A stretch of 63,800 nt of DNA, filler included, from Sphacelaria rigidula (Eukaryota), in assembly GCA_964200075.2 (NCBI GenBank). It is 10 parts of 10 records of this genome, joined end to end, with 100 filler letters (N's around TTAATTAATTAA, not from the genome) between each part and the next. Parts side by side here need not be neighbours in the genome. Positions count along the whole stretch, not along the records: positions 1 to 6,290 come from CAXNAA020020977.1; positions 6,391 to 12,680 come from CAXNAA020020978.1; 8 more parts are not named here. One strand, given 5' to 3'. The number at the start of each line of letters is the position of its first letter. The first letter of the stretch is position 1. Positions 1 to 10,496 of this stretch are shown piece after piece. The notes under the pieces were generated by a model. It made no database searches. It saw only the letters and a program-made list of their open reading frames with translations, and was not told the origin of the DNA. Both the position numbers and the translations under genes were made by a program.

Positions 1-66
1 GGGAAAAGCACTGTTTTAGGCTTGAGCCTCATCTCGAAGTTAAACCTCAATTCTCACAATTTGTTG

Positions 67-1555
67 TTATTTGATGATTCCCGCTCGAAGCTTTTGCTGA
101 GACTTGTCCCAACATTTATTAAATACCACGTGCATGCATGCCTCAGATCTCTCTGGTATTTCGGACCCCGCTCCGTTTGACCAAAAGCACAACATCCAGA
201 AGTGACACGCATAAATTTGCGAGTTCTGTTGGCCACAACGCCACCCGCCCACCGGAAGTGAAGTTTCGACTAGGATCGTCGAAAGTGCATACTGTCTCAC
301 GTGGGAAGGAGGATACGGGGTCAGAAAATATGGTATCACCCGTTCACGAATGTAGTCAGTACCCGCGGCGGGAAGGAATTGATAGGTCCCACAACAGGCC
401 CGCCCTGCTTGTACGCAAGCTTGTCTTCTGCCCCCCCGCCCATCTTTTGCCAGCATTCCGGCACTTTGCCGTTGGTCTTCGTGCCGTGGGGATCGGCGAA
501 GGTCACCCTCGGGTTCACCGTGAATGTCTCGTTCTCTTCGCTCGGTTGCTTGTGTGCCATCATAATGCCCTCCATGTGAGGGTAAAAATGATACCTCTCG
601 TGTTTCTTTCGGGAGCCTCCGTGGCGGCTGGAGTACTCTACTAGCACGTAGTCGTCTTCGACCACCATATAAGGGTCGGCTTCGATCGCGCCTGCGTAGG
701 GGTGCGCGCCGCGGTGTATCGCAGCGACGGTGGGTGTTCGGGGAGTGCCAGTGGGTTATCAACATCACCACAGGACGCCGTATCAGAGCAATGATGAAGG
801 ACGTAGGAAAGCGGCGATTCAATGCGACGGACGAGACGAAGCACACAATTTACCATATCCGCGCTCGTGTGGCGGATACTGACTCAGACGTGTCTACCCT
901 GTTTTCAGCAACATCGATGCCGCGGTTGTGCCTGTCACGAACCGTGCAGACCGTGATACCTTGGATACGATGTCCGTGCCGATTCCAGGGCCGCGGGACT
1001 GCAAAGGCGATGGTGCCCATCGGATGCAAGACTTCCAACACCTTTTCAACGAACCGCCTGAAGTATCCCTTGTTATCATCGTTTGTCGTGTTCAGCATTG
1101 CTTTCTCGACATCGATGGAGACTATGATGAGCTTCGGCGGTCTCTTCACAGGGAGTGGCTCTTGTTGGTCAATAAGAGTGCAGTGGCAACGGAGTAAATT
1201 ATCCTCGTGTATGCTCGTGTGATGAGCCCTGTACAATATCACGTAGCAGGCACGCAATAGCACCGTCAGTTTTCCTTCGTTGCGCGCTGGCCGTCCGCAT
1301 GTCGTGGGGTGTAGCGTGTATTCTCTGATATAGCCCCTCCCGAGAAAGTGGTTGGTTTGGGGGGGGCAACAACCAACACGTGAATCGATATGAAAAAATA
1401 CCCTCATATTGAGCAGATTGGAATATTAACGCTTCTATTTGTTTTCGCCCATGTCGACTGAACAAGGCCCTCCATGCACTCTGGAATCGAACATTACGCG
1501 GTGGAAAGTCATTCATTGATTTGCTGGCGGTTTTCGGCTGGCGTTGGGGTGGGGG
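67..1555 (-). pseudogene. Decayed, intron-containing beta-class (N6_N4_Mtase-like) DNA amino-methyltransferase-like gene
   Basis: Phase-compatible exons 1555-1402, 1228-960 and 691-~67, with GT..AG introns 1401-1229 and 959-692. The spliced product, with ~3 frameshifts, reads RIIYSVATAL/IDQQEPLPVKRPPKLIIVSIDV..YFRRFVEKVLEVLHPMGTIAFAV..HRIQGAIEADPYMVVEDDYVLVEY..HFYPHMEGIMMAHK..RETVCTF..GRVALWPTELANLCVSLLDVVL/..NGAGS. This is collinear with the beta-class MTase motif order. Motif IV reads SIDV instead of SPPY/DPPY. Confidence 0.55.
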
Positions 1556-1653
1556 CTAATCCGGCGTAATTCTTCGGCATGCGTTCCACTACGGTGTCTA
1601 AACTGGCGGCTGCACCGTCAGGTTTTCGTACTCACCGCCAGGATCATACTCAC

Positions 1654-3180
1654 CGCCTTCTCCATAATGTATCACTGGAGATGGTTTACATGTGGGTATT
1701 TTCGGATTCCGCCGTACCAATGGCGGTCAGAATTACCGCGCGCCGTCGTCCTCAAAGTCCGAAAGACAGAACCAACAAACAGCTGCGCTTGACAGTCCCA
1801 GTGTCGCATGTCGACCGACTTATGCATGCTGTCACAACCGTCGTCCAAGGGAGCAATCTAAAGGTGAGCTTCAGTCGATGACACAGTCTCCACAACGGTA
1901 ACCTATCCTCGCACCTTCTGCTTTCCACGGTGGGACCGGCAGGGGGGAGCATTTGCCCTGCTCGTGACGATTTCTTCCCCTTTTTCTTGGATTCCCTCCG
2001 CCTCCGACCCCGTAAGTTCTGTCCCCTTTCCTCGTCTGGCCCCCCGGCTCGTCCTCGCAGACAAGGCAAACTCGTCGCTTCCTCTCGGCAAGAGATGCAT
2101 CCTCGGAGACGGGCACAAGTAGCTCACAGAAGGTCTGGTGCTTCATCCCGCAGTGTACGCAATGGTATCTGCCATTGCGAGGACGGCATAAAAGTGTCGA
2201 GAGGTTGGCGGTTTTCCAGGTGAGGTTATTGTTGTTTCAATCATTACACGAAGTGATCTTAGAACGGTAGCATTGTACGCCGTGAGGTCAACTGGTGTGC
2301 TCGGCACCGTCGAAACGGCTTGCGTGTTGATTCATGCTATCCCTTCTCACCTGACGTCTGATGATGGATCGCACGAGGGACACAGTTCGTCTTTGCGGCT
2401 GCCCTCAGCCGGTCGTTGACAACCGCTATCATTCTCCTCCGATTCACCAGCATCCTCGTCCTCGTCTTCCTCGCCGCCCGCGTTCGCCAACTTCAAGCGA
2501 GCGATGGTGTTGTTGGCCTCGTCCCACCTCTTCCTCCAGCTATCGTTGTACCGCCTCAGGGCCCCTCTTTGTGCTTTCTGCGAAAACGGGCCGTGGTTAA
2601 AAATGTAGGTGAACAACCTCGTGGACATGTTCCAATGCTCTCCCGATCACGTCGGTGGATGATCGGGTATCATCCTTGTTGTGCCCATGACTGGCATGCG
2701 CCAATTTCGCGCGTCGCAAGCCCGTTCTGCGCGATTTGGATTTATTTATCACAGCAGCATGTCCGATCCACCTTACGTTCGTATCGTCTTGGCGACCTAT
2801 CGCCCGAATTACTCACTATCCGACATTCAACTCTTGACGTTTGTGTGTCGGTCACGTACGAGGTCCAGCCGCCGATGGAGTTTGCCGAAATTACTCACTA
2901 TCCGACATTCAACTCTTGACGTTTGTGTGTCGGTCACGTACCAGGTCCAGCCGCCGATGGAGTTTGCCGAGACAGACATCTTCGAACGCCTTCATGGCTG
3001 CTCCGTTCCGTTCTTCCTCGGGCAGGCTTGCCCGTTTCTCTTCTATGCTGTTGTCTACTGATGTGATGAAGTTTGTGACGTGCAGCTTGAAATCCTCCAG
3101 CCCGTATATGCCGCGAGTCAACTCGCGAGCAACCCTAGTCGCGTTGTTCGCGGAGTGCAAAATGCCTCCCGTGAGCGTTA
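1654..3180 (-). pseudogene. Decayed coding region with piggyBac-type C-terminal Cys/His-rich zinc-ribbon; possible transposase relic
   Basis: KRRVCLVC...RIGYRCGDC..(fs)AHL*IAPLDDGCDSMH at ~2075-1820 resembles the Tnp_zf-ribbon/CRD pattern. An acidic linker lies upstream (2347-2628). A weak IRT*GGSDML...RNWRMPV segment near 2790-2690 recalls the piggyBac KGGVD..RWPM block. Stops and frameshifts are present. Confidence 0.4.
2807..2970. repeat. Tandem duplication, 2 x 82 bp
   Basis: aattactcactatccgacattc...gatggagtttgccga occurs at 2807 and 2889, nearly identical. Confidence 0.9.
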
Positions 3181-3726
3181 CAGCGCTTTTGCCCCTGATG
3201 CTAGTTAAGTCATTTTTTAATGCTAGTAGTTACACAAAATATTCGGCTCATGGAGCGCAATTTATGCTCGAATTTCACAAAATATGTGCTCGATCCATGC
3301 TCGCAAGATGGGATTTATGCTCAGTTATGCTCGCAATATCCAACAAGCGCCATTTTTGACCGGATGTAGATCCACCGATCACTACATGCATAGTAAATAT
3401 GTTTAGATATATGGAGTGAAACAAAGAAACGACAGTCAACCCGACAGTTTAAATGACTGGTTCCTCAACATTCACGTATATCACACCCGGCCGCGGTCGA
3501 TGATAGCAGAGTTTAACCCCAACATATCACACCACGTCGACATTTAGATAATTGTTGCTAACTCTACTGGAGAATTGAAGCTCGATTATGCCCCCGATTT
3601 AAATATTATTATCGTTTACGCTACTTGCCGAAACGCTGCGCTATCTATGCCACCTGCTGAAACGCTACGCTTTTTATGCAAGGCGGAATGATGCCAGAAA
3701 GTGTGCTAGCATAAGGGGTGCAAGCC
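3181..3726. mobile_element. AT-rich MITE-like insertion flanked by TA (Tc1/mariner-type)
   Basis: Imperfect TIR: gcttttgcccctgatgctag versus reverse complement gcttgcaccccttatgctag. TA at 3179-3180 and 3727-3728. Excision restores the minus-strand frame QHMFVSRL|TLTGGILHS. Confidence 0.55.
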
Positions 3727-5161
3727 TAAGCGTGACACGAACATGTGCTGCACGCACGACCCTTGCTTTCGAAATACTGTAGCCTAAGACAGCGGTTACG
3801 GTCCACCGCAGTCGACGCGCGTGTTACAATTAATGCAAACTTATTCTTCGAAGACGTCGGTCCACGCTTCACGAGGGATCTGCCTCTCTGAACGCTCCAG
3901 GAGGATTGCGGCTGTTCGTGCGTCCGTGGAGATACGCCCCCAGTCACTCGCTTTAGGATTCGTCTTGTTCGCCGTTTGGAACCTGCGGGCAGCGCGAATA
4001 TATAACGTGTGCTGTGAAGAGTACATAAGACTTTTCAACCGTTAGGTGCTGCATGACGGGGCCAAGGGAAACTCTGTCTCGTTCTCTATTTTTCGGAGAC
4101 CCTTCCACGGGATCTTGAATGTACGAGAGTCCGATGTTGATGAGAAACATCCTCGTCTGAAAACGGTCATCATCGCCGATGTGAAATGAGTGTGTGATTA
4201 GAGGGTGGGCGCTCCAGCGCGTTTCTCAGCGATGCACGTCGGCGCCTGTATTTTGGTGGGCGTCGGGTTCGGGTGCGTTACACTAGGCATCGTACGTCGA
4301 AATCCCCAGCGATTGACCCTGACGCAAGATGCGATAAACTAAGGGTCATGGGATTATCCACCCGCATTAGACGGGGGGGGTGTACCTGACGAGCATGTTG
4401 ATCGCGATGGATTGGGCCTGGGGTTTATCATGCAGGTCTGCGTACTGTTTGCTTCTGAGAAAAGCCAGAGATATGGCTCCCGAGTCGACGCCACGGTTGT
4501 CGCATTGAAACGCCCAAGCGATGGCTTTCATCGCTTCTGGCGATATCGACAAAACCGCTCTTTTCCATTGCCGCAGAGTCGTCATGGACGGGACCCGCAC
4601 GTGCAGCTGGCGGTTTCAAGAGGAGGCAAGGGTACCGGCACGCATTGACGGACGTAGGAAACATGTGTTACTGTCGAGCATTTCTGTTTTTGCTCGGGCC
4701 ATCGTCACGCGATCCAAGTTACCCCGCGCGCGCTGACAGAGCGCAGTGAACGAACAATACGGATTTCAGGCAGGGCAATCGGGCGTAATCCAACACCATC
4801 AACCGTTCTCTAGTATCTTCATTTGACGTACTCGAAAACCGTGGGTGTAAGCAGTGAAAGTGAGAAATGATCGAACGAAGAAAGTGGCCCGCTGACCCCA
4901 TATCCGAATCAAGTAGCCTCAACTAACCTCGAATCGTACGTTGCCGCAATGGGGTGCAGAGTGTATGGGCTGGTCACCCCCGCTCACACGTGGATACGAA
5001 CATATCCACACACCCGAGCCCTGGCAACGAGTGAAGCGAGAACCGAAAGAGCAGGCGTATGTACTCTTCCTGCAGCCGACTGCCGCGTCGGAGCGTACTG
5101 TAGGGTGTAGCATCATGGTCTGTGTCATACAGTGCACGCCACACTCTTGTAGATTCGGCAA
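3727..5161 (-). pseudogene. Further decayed coding-like segments upstream of the contig-1 relic (unassigned)
   Basis: A chain of short minus-strand ORFs (3841-4038, 3953-4150, 4367-4600, 4719-4922) with protein-like composition. Frame continuity across the MITE at 3727. No family recognised. Confidence 0.25.
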
Positions 5162-5284
5162 TGCGGTACAGCAGCAGTGTCGGTCTCGTGAAACAATATA
5201 CTCCTATCTACTCGAGCACGACACTCAGGTCGCTTCTTTATAACAAATTGAAGTCAAAACCCGGAAAACTGCCTTGTTATAACT

Positions 5285-5626
5285 TTGGCATAGTTCCACG
5301 CCTCAACAAAGAGCTAGACGGAATTTGACACCTTGCGATGATTTTCGTTACTCATTGAGGTGAGCCCTGGACATTTCCCCCTTTCTCAGTGGCCGCAGTT
5401 TTTATTTTGGTCAAAGAAGAATTTTTGTCCGGGAAGGGTGAAATCCAGAAAAATATGCCGACTGTTCTTGAACTCAAGTTCTTGATTGGCGAACATAAAA
5501 ACTACGGCCACCGGAGGACGAGGCAATGTCCTGGAACCCCCCCCGACAAGTAGAGCAAATCATTCCAACGTGTTGGTGTTCACCTAGCTCTCGCTTGTGG
5601 TTTACGACGACGTGAAAGCTCCAAAA
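5285..5626. mobile_element. Diverged copy of long-TIR foldback MITE (family of 60742-61118)
   Basis: gagctagacggaatttgacaccttg... and ...cacctagctctc..acgacgtgaaagctccaaaa align to the two arms of the 60742-61118 element. Confidence 0.65.
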
Positions 5627-6254
5627 GAGCACTTTCTCAGATTTCCACTCACTATTGTAAACTCCTCTGCAATAGCTTCCGCTCCGACATTATCTTTTTT
5701 CGTGCGATCCTGTATGGAGCCGATGATCCCCATGAACATATAAAGTTTATCGTTATTGTTCCTTTCTGACAGCGTCTCTCCCACCTCGTTCAAAGCTGTG
5801 CCGTTGTGCCAAAATGAATATGTGGAGAGTGAACGTTTTGACGTGGTCGATTAGGGATGGTGACTCGTCCAATCGGTGTGCGGGTTGTGGGCTCCAAACT
5901 CAAGCACTCAGGAAAAGCTTCATTTTTTAAATAATCGACAAAAATTCCGGCGCTCAACTTGCCGTCTCGCCCGCGTGCTAGACGGCGCGCCTCGTGAGGG
6001 GATACCGCTACAACGCCACAATAAGGACGGGAATACAGGCTGGGCCAGCCTGCAAGCCGATTTGTACTTTGCAGGCGAATTCGCATTTTTTTTTTGGAGT
6101 TGGAAAATGAAATTTGGCATGGACAATCAACAGGGCATGAAGAAAAGCTGTCTGTGAGGTCCCAACGTTTTTTTTTCGTGAGTTGAAGGCGTTTTACTAA
6201 AACCTAAAAACTGATTTTTGCCCTTAATTCACGACAAAACAAAATGTTGGGACC

Positions 6255-6290
6255 TGTGACACTAGCAGGTCTGCTAGTACTGCAGCGTCT
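6255..6290 (+). mobile_element. Terminus (TG...) of a repeat, probably an LTR; contig breaks inside it
   Basis: tgtgacactagcaggtctgctagtactgcagcgtct is 35/36 identical to 57338-57373; both copies lie at contig ends. Confidence 0.55.
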
Positions 6291-6390
6291 NNNNNNNNNN
6301 NNNNNNNNNNNNNNNNNNNNNNNNNNNNNNNNNNTTAATTAATTAANNNNNNNNNNNNNNNNNNNNNNNNNNNNNNNNNNNNNNNNNNNN
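6291..6390. other. Artificial contig linker N44-TTAATTAATTAA-N44
   Basis: Identical 100-bp spacer with stops in all six frames, recurring every 6390 bp. Confidence 0.98.
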
Positions 6391-6600
6391 TGGGAGGCAA
6401 AATCTTCGCGTAAATCGAAATGAAAGAAGCCGAGCACAATGAGAAGCTGGGAATTCCCACGCTTGGGTTTGTTCTAGCCTCTGTCGCCAATATGATTCGC
6501 TTCATGCAGCCTGAACCCAAATATCAGGCGCTGTATGACCATTTTTTTTGTGACACTTTTGAGCTGGGTTTTTTTTTGGGGGGGGGGGCTGTAGTAGAAG
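6391..6600 (+). repeat. Dispersed repeat (copy at ~32055-32260)
   Basis: cgtaaatcgaaatgaaagaagccgagcacaatgagaagctgggaattcccacgcttg... aligns with 32068 onward. Confidence 0.8.
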
Positions 6601-6823
6601 GTGTCGTGCAACCTTCTGGGACCTGAAGAGCACGTGTACCACCTTAGCGTTCACACTACAGCTTTGCTCTTGTTCAGACACTCAATGTGTCACATATCGG
6701 AAGGCACGGGCTGTCGCTCGATATGTCCGTCTTTCCACATTACTCTGCGTCTCTTCCTGTCTGCTTGTCTGTCTGAATGTTTGTCGTCTATCTGCTACAC
6801 TTTTTGTTGGACGATCACCGCAC

Positions 6824-7000
6824 CTTCGGGGGTGTAGTTTGGCTAACCCCGAGGATATTTAACCCGAAGAACTTGCCGTCTCCTCGTCTCGGAACGAAGC
6901 CATCCATGGGCATTGCAGCCGTGCTCGCCAGAGCGGTCACCCTCAGCTGACCCACCTTTGGTCCGAAGTCCACCACGTTCGTTACGGTGGGCGGCGCCGT
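6824..7000 (-). CDS. PAP/fibrillin family protein, exon (third recognised)
   Basis: AG|TAPPTVTNVVDFGPKVGQLRVTALASTA...SQTTPPK|GT, 177 nt, phase 0/0. Fibrillin-type VTNVVDF strand. The gene continues beyond the contig end. Confidence 0.75.
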
Positions 7001-7406
7001 CTTACCAGCGACCGGAACGCATCCCAATACGGAGAGAAACACCAGCCACGAGGAATGTGGGGAAGAGAGGATCAAACGCGTTATTCATTCACAGCGATTG
7101 TCTAGTCGCAAATCGCGGAAGCAAGGAACGAGCTCCGGTTTCTTGGAAGGCCACCCACACGCACACGTTGCTGATGCTACTATTACCAGCGAGTACCTCA
7201 ATTATGTATACCATCATTAGGATCAACTTACTGCACGCTGCCTGAAGGATACAACACTTGACTGTGCTATCGCATGGGTTCGCCCGTGTCTGGCTCTCGC
7301 CGCCAAGTGCGCCGCTTGTATGTCCCGTGTGTGTACTCGAAGAAATGTTGAAGCAGCGCTGTAATTTTTACGTACAGATCATGCCATGAGAATGCATGCT
7401 AATTAC

Positions 7407-7620
7407 CTTCGAAAATATATCGATATCCTGGTAAATCGCAAAATTATCCACTCCAACGAAAGACCTCTGAACCGGAGACGCCGTGCCGGGCGTGGTGGTG
7501 AATATCAGCCGCCATTGTCCGTCCACGAGCGGACTAGACGCCCGTTCCAACACGCCACCATCCGTCTCGAGGTCTTCTACGGCCTTATCCACAGCCTCCC
7601 GCTGCTCCTGCGTAACGTCC
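7407..7620 (-). CDS. PAP/fibrillin family protein, exon (second recognised)
   Basis: CAG|gDVTQEQREAVDKAVEDLE..SPLVDGQWRLIFTT..SPVQRSFVG..IYQDID..K|GTAATT carries the typical fibrillin L.G.W.L.YTT and IYQ.ID motifs. Confidence 0.85.
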
Positions 7621-7961
7621 CTGCTGAGAGTGAGAGATGGCACGTTCGCGATGTTGTTAGGATGCGGCAGGTGATATCTGGGTACCTACACCCGCCAAAG
7701 GCGCACGCCACTTGAAAAGCAATTGGCCTCTCCTTTCTCGTACGAAGATGTTGTGTACGCTACTCCAGGGTGCACGGGGAAAAAGAGTACATGAGGCGGT
7801 TTGTTTGTTTGTTGTGGTGAAAATACGAAATGTGGAGCCTTCGTATTTCAAATGGTGAATATACGGACGTGACTCAAAAACAACCCTTCCATACCTGGGG
7901 TCTTCATTTCCAAACAATGAGTACACAGACGTGATCCGGAAGCAACAATTCCAAGGGCAAC

Positions 7962-8143
7962 TCGAGTACAGTAAACTCAATTGCGGGGTATTTTGAAAGT
8001 CGTACTTCAAGTACTCGAATTGGGGTAGGGTGCTAGGAGTCGTACCCGAAAATCACTGGGAAGCGACCCCTAACACCCTACCCCAATTCGAGTACTTGAA
8101 GTACGACTTTTAAAAAATACCGCAATTGAGTATACCCTACTCG
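7962..8143. mobile_element. Intronic hairpin/foldback element (~80-bp arms)
   Basis: actcaattgcggggtattttgaaagtcgtacttcaagtactcgaattggggtagggtg is the reverse complement of caccctaccccaattcgagtacttgaagtacgacttttaaaaaataccgcaattgagt, with a short loop. Confidence 0.85.
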
Positions 8144-10161
8144 ACCTGACCTTGAACAATTCCTGTCGATAAAGATCAAGAAAAGTACACTCGTGTGTGG
8201 TGCAACAATGGTTGCCAAAAGGTGGCAACAAGGGCTGCAGGTGGCTGCAAGTCGCAGGCGAAAGGTGTGTCTTTTCGTAGGAACCGAACGCGTGCTCTAT
8301 TGCAGGACGTACGGCACATTGTGTAGAATATGTGGATGAAACATCGGTCGGCGGCTGAGGTACCTTACACGAGTTTGACCGAGTCACTGCTGATCAGGCA
8401 ACACATACGACCACTTCGACAAGCGTTGGGCATTTGGCTTCCCTCCCGCAGCCTGTGCAGCATTTCTACCGTTCGAGCGTACCTGCAGGGGTATTCGGAG
8501 AGCCTCCAGCGAGGTCCGAGACGCCACTCGAGGTTTTTCTCGTTTCACGACGAGTACTGAAATGATCCGTGTAAACAAACTTGCAAAGCCAAAAGGCCAA
8601 CATCGCCCAATCTACCTTCCGTGCAAAACAATACGGAGCACCCGCGTCGGCAGAGCGCTACCGTACACGACGGAGGAAAAAAAATCTCCTGCAAATGAAT
8701 ATTGCATAGGTTTTGAATATTTTACGTTTTCGAAAACTGCGGTGATTCGTGCCCTCCGAAGCGTGTTCGCCGACCGGAGAAAGAAATCTCGGTGAGATAT
8801 CCTTGGATATGAAGATACAAGAACCGGGACTGAGAGCGAACTTTTACGCGTTCAGAAAAAAAAATAGGTGGTCGAAAAACGTCATCCTTACAAGAGGGTG
8901 ATACGTATTTTGCTCTGATTTGATTTGATGTGATTGATTGATTGTCGCACTTCAACTGACCTTCCAGGGGTCCAGCCGTGGTTACATGATAGACGAACCC
9001 AAGACAAAACAAAACTGACACACTCGCTGAAGAAAAAAAAAAGGGATCAGAAAAAGTCAAACAGAACGACATAGTAGATCAAGACGTAAATATACATATA
9101 TATATATATATATATACATCCTCCGCCATCTGCGCTTAATATTAGCAGTGATGAGTGAAGCCGAGCAGGATGGTGTTAAAATGTCTTTACCGCAGTAAAC
9201 AGGGACCTTTAGAAACCGCCAATTCTACAGCACGAAGACACACAGCGCAACTGCAAGGTTTTGAAGGCGGGGTAATTCTGCGTAACACCAACAGTTAGCA
9301 TGTGTTGACCAGCGATGGTCGATAGCTGTCCGACACATGGTTGGCTGCAGGCACACGCGCGTATAACTAATTCGTAACACCCCCGCGTGTGCTTCGTCTC
9401 GAAAGGGATGCTTGGTCCACGGTCAAACGACTACGGCAACAAGCAAGAAATGAGTACGCCCCCCCCTAGTTGCTAATGGTCCTTCCGCAGCGTATCCAGC
9501 GATTTGGCAATGAGACCCTCCTGTTGGTGTTTAGAATCATCCAAGGGCATAAAGGGCAGGGTATACCCCAATGTTTTGATATATTGAAAAGTTGCACATC
9601 ACCTGCCTAAGTCAGTCACAATGACGGGTATGGGTTTCAGAGAGAGGAACAACAGCACTGCGCCGGCTGCTGCTGTCGGCATGGGTCGGATTTCCACTTT
9701 TCCAAATACCAACAATATCGGGTATACGCTGCCCGACACGCCCTCGGAATCATCCATCATACAGTTGTAACTTTTCAGAGCTGGTGCTACTGCCGCTGCC
9801 GGTGAAAGACAAGATTCTCCGTTCCGCAGATACTGTAGGCTGGGCGTCGTGGAACTGTAGTGGTCGTTTCCCAACAACTGGCCAACCCGCTGAGCTGCCG
9901 AAAACGGCCAAGCTTATCTTTCTGGTGACCGTATAGACACACAAAAGGGCTGCGATGACAATCAAGAACCAACCCATGGCGATTCTTCTCGGGTAGGAGA
10001 GTATGAAGCATTCGTAATCGCTCCCTGGTCCGAACGGGCAGATAAGGAGGTGCTCAAACTGCTCTTGTCGAAACACGTGAAATACGTCTCTCGGTACCGC
10101 CGAACTATCGACAATGCGCAATGCCTCTGCTAGGTCGAAGCCAGTATATTTACGCACGCAC

Positions 10162-10496
10162 CTCCCTCTACCTTGAACCCCCTCAATCGCCAGCAAAAGC
10201 TTTGCCTCCAGTTTCTCGGCAGCCGCCATGCTACTACTCCCCCCAGACAACTTTACGCCGCCGAATAAACCCATGAAGTAGTCGACAGGAGAAGATGGTG
10301 GGTCGGCGGGGACACCGGCTTGCAGCTCTGTCGTTCTCTTTCTTGTTGGTCGTGGCCGTATTAGCCGCCCGTTTCTCCCGACCAGGCGATGGCAGCAGTT
10401 ACCACCGAGCTGTGCACTTACGGCGACAGCGTGCTCTTGCGGGGCATTCGTGATGTCGAAAACTGAGTGGCGGAAGGAGGCCGGCGGTGTGAAGCC
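10162..10496 (-). CDS. PAP/fibrillin family protein, exon (first recognised; transit peptide + N-terminal helix)
   Basis: CAG|GFTPPASF...DYFMGLFGG...AAEKLEAKLLLAIEGVQGRG(R)|GTGCGT. The phase-2 donor matches exon 7620. K..LL.AI.G..RG is the fibrillin N-terminal motif. Confidence 0.75.
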
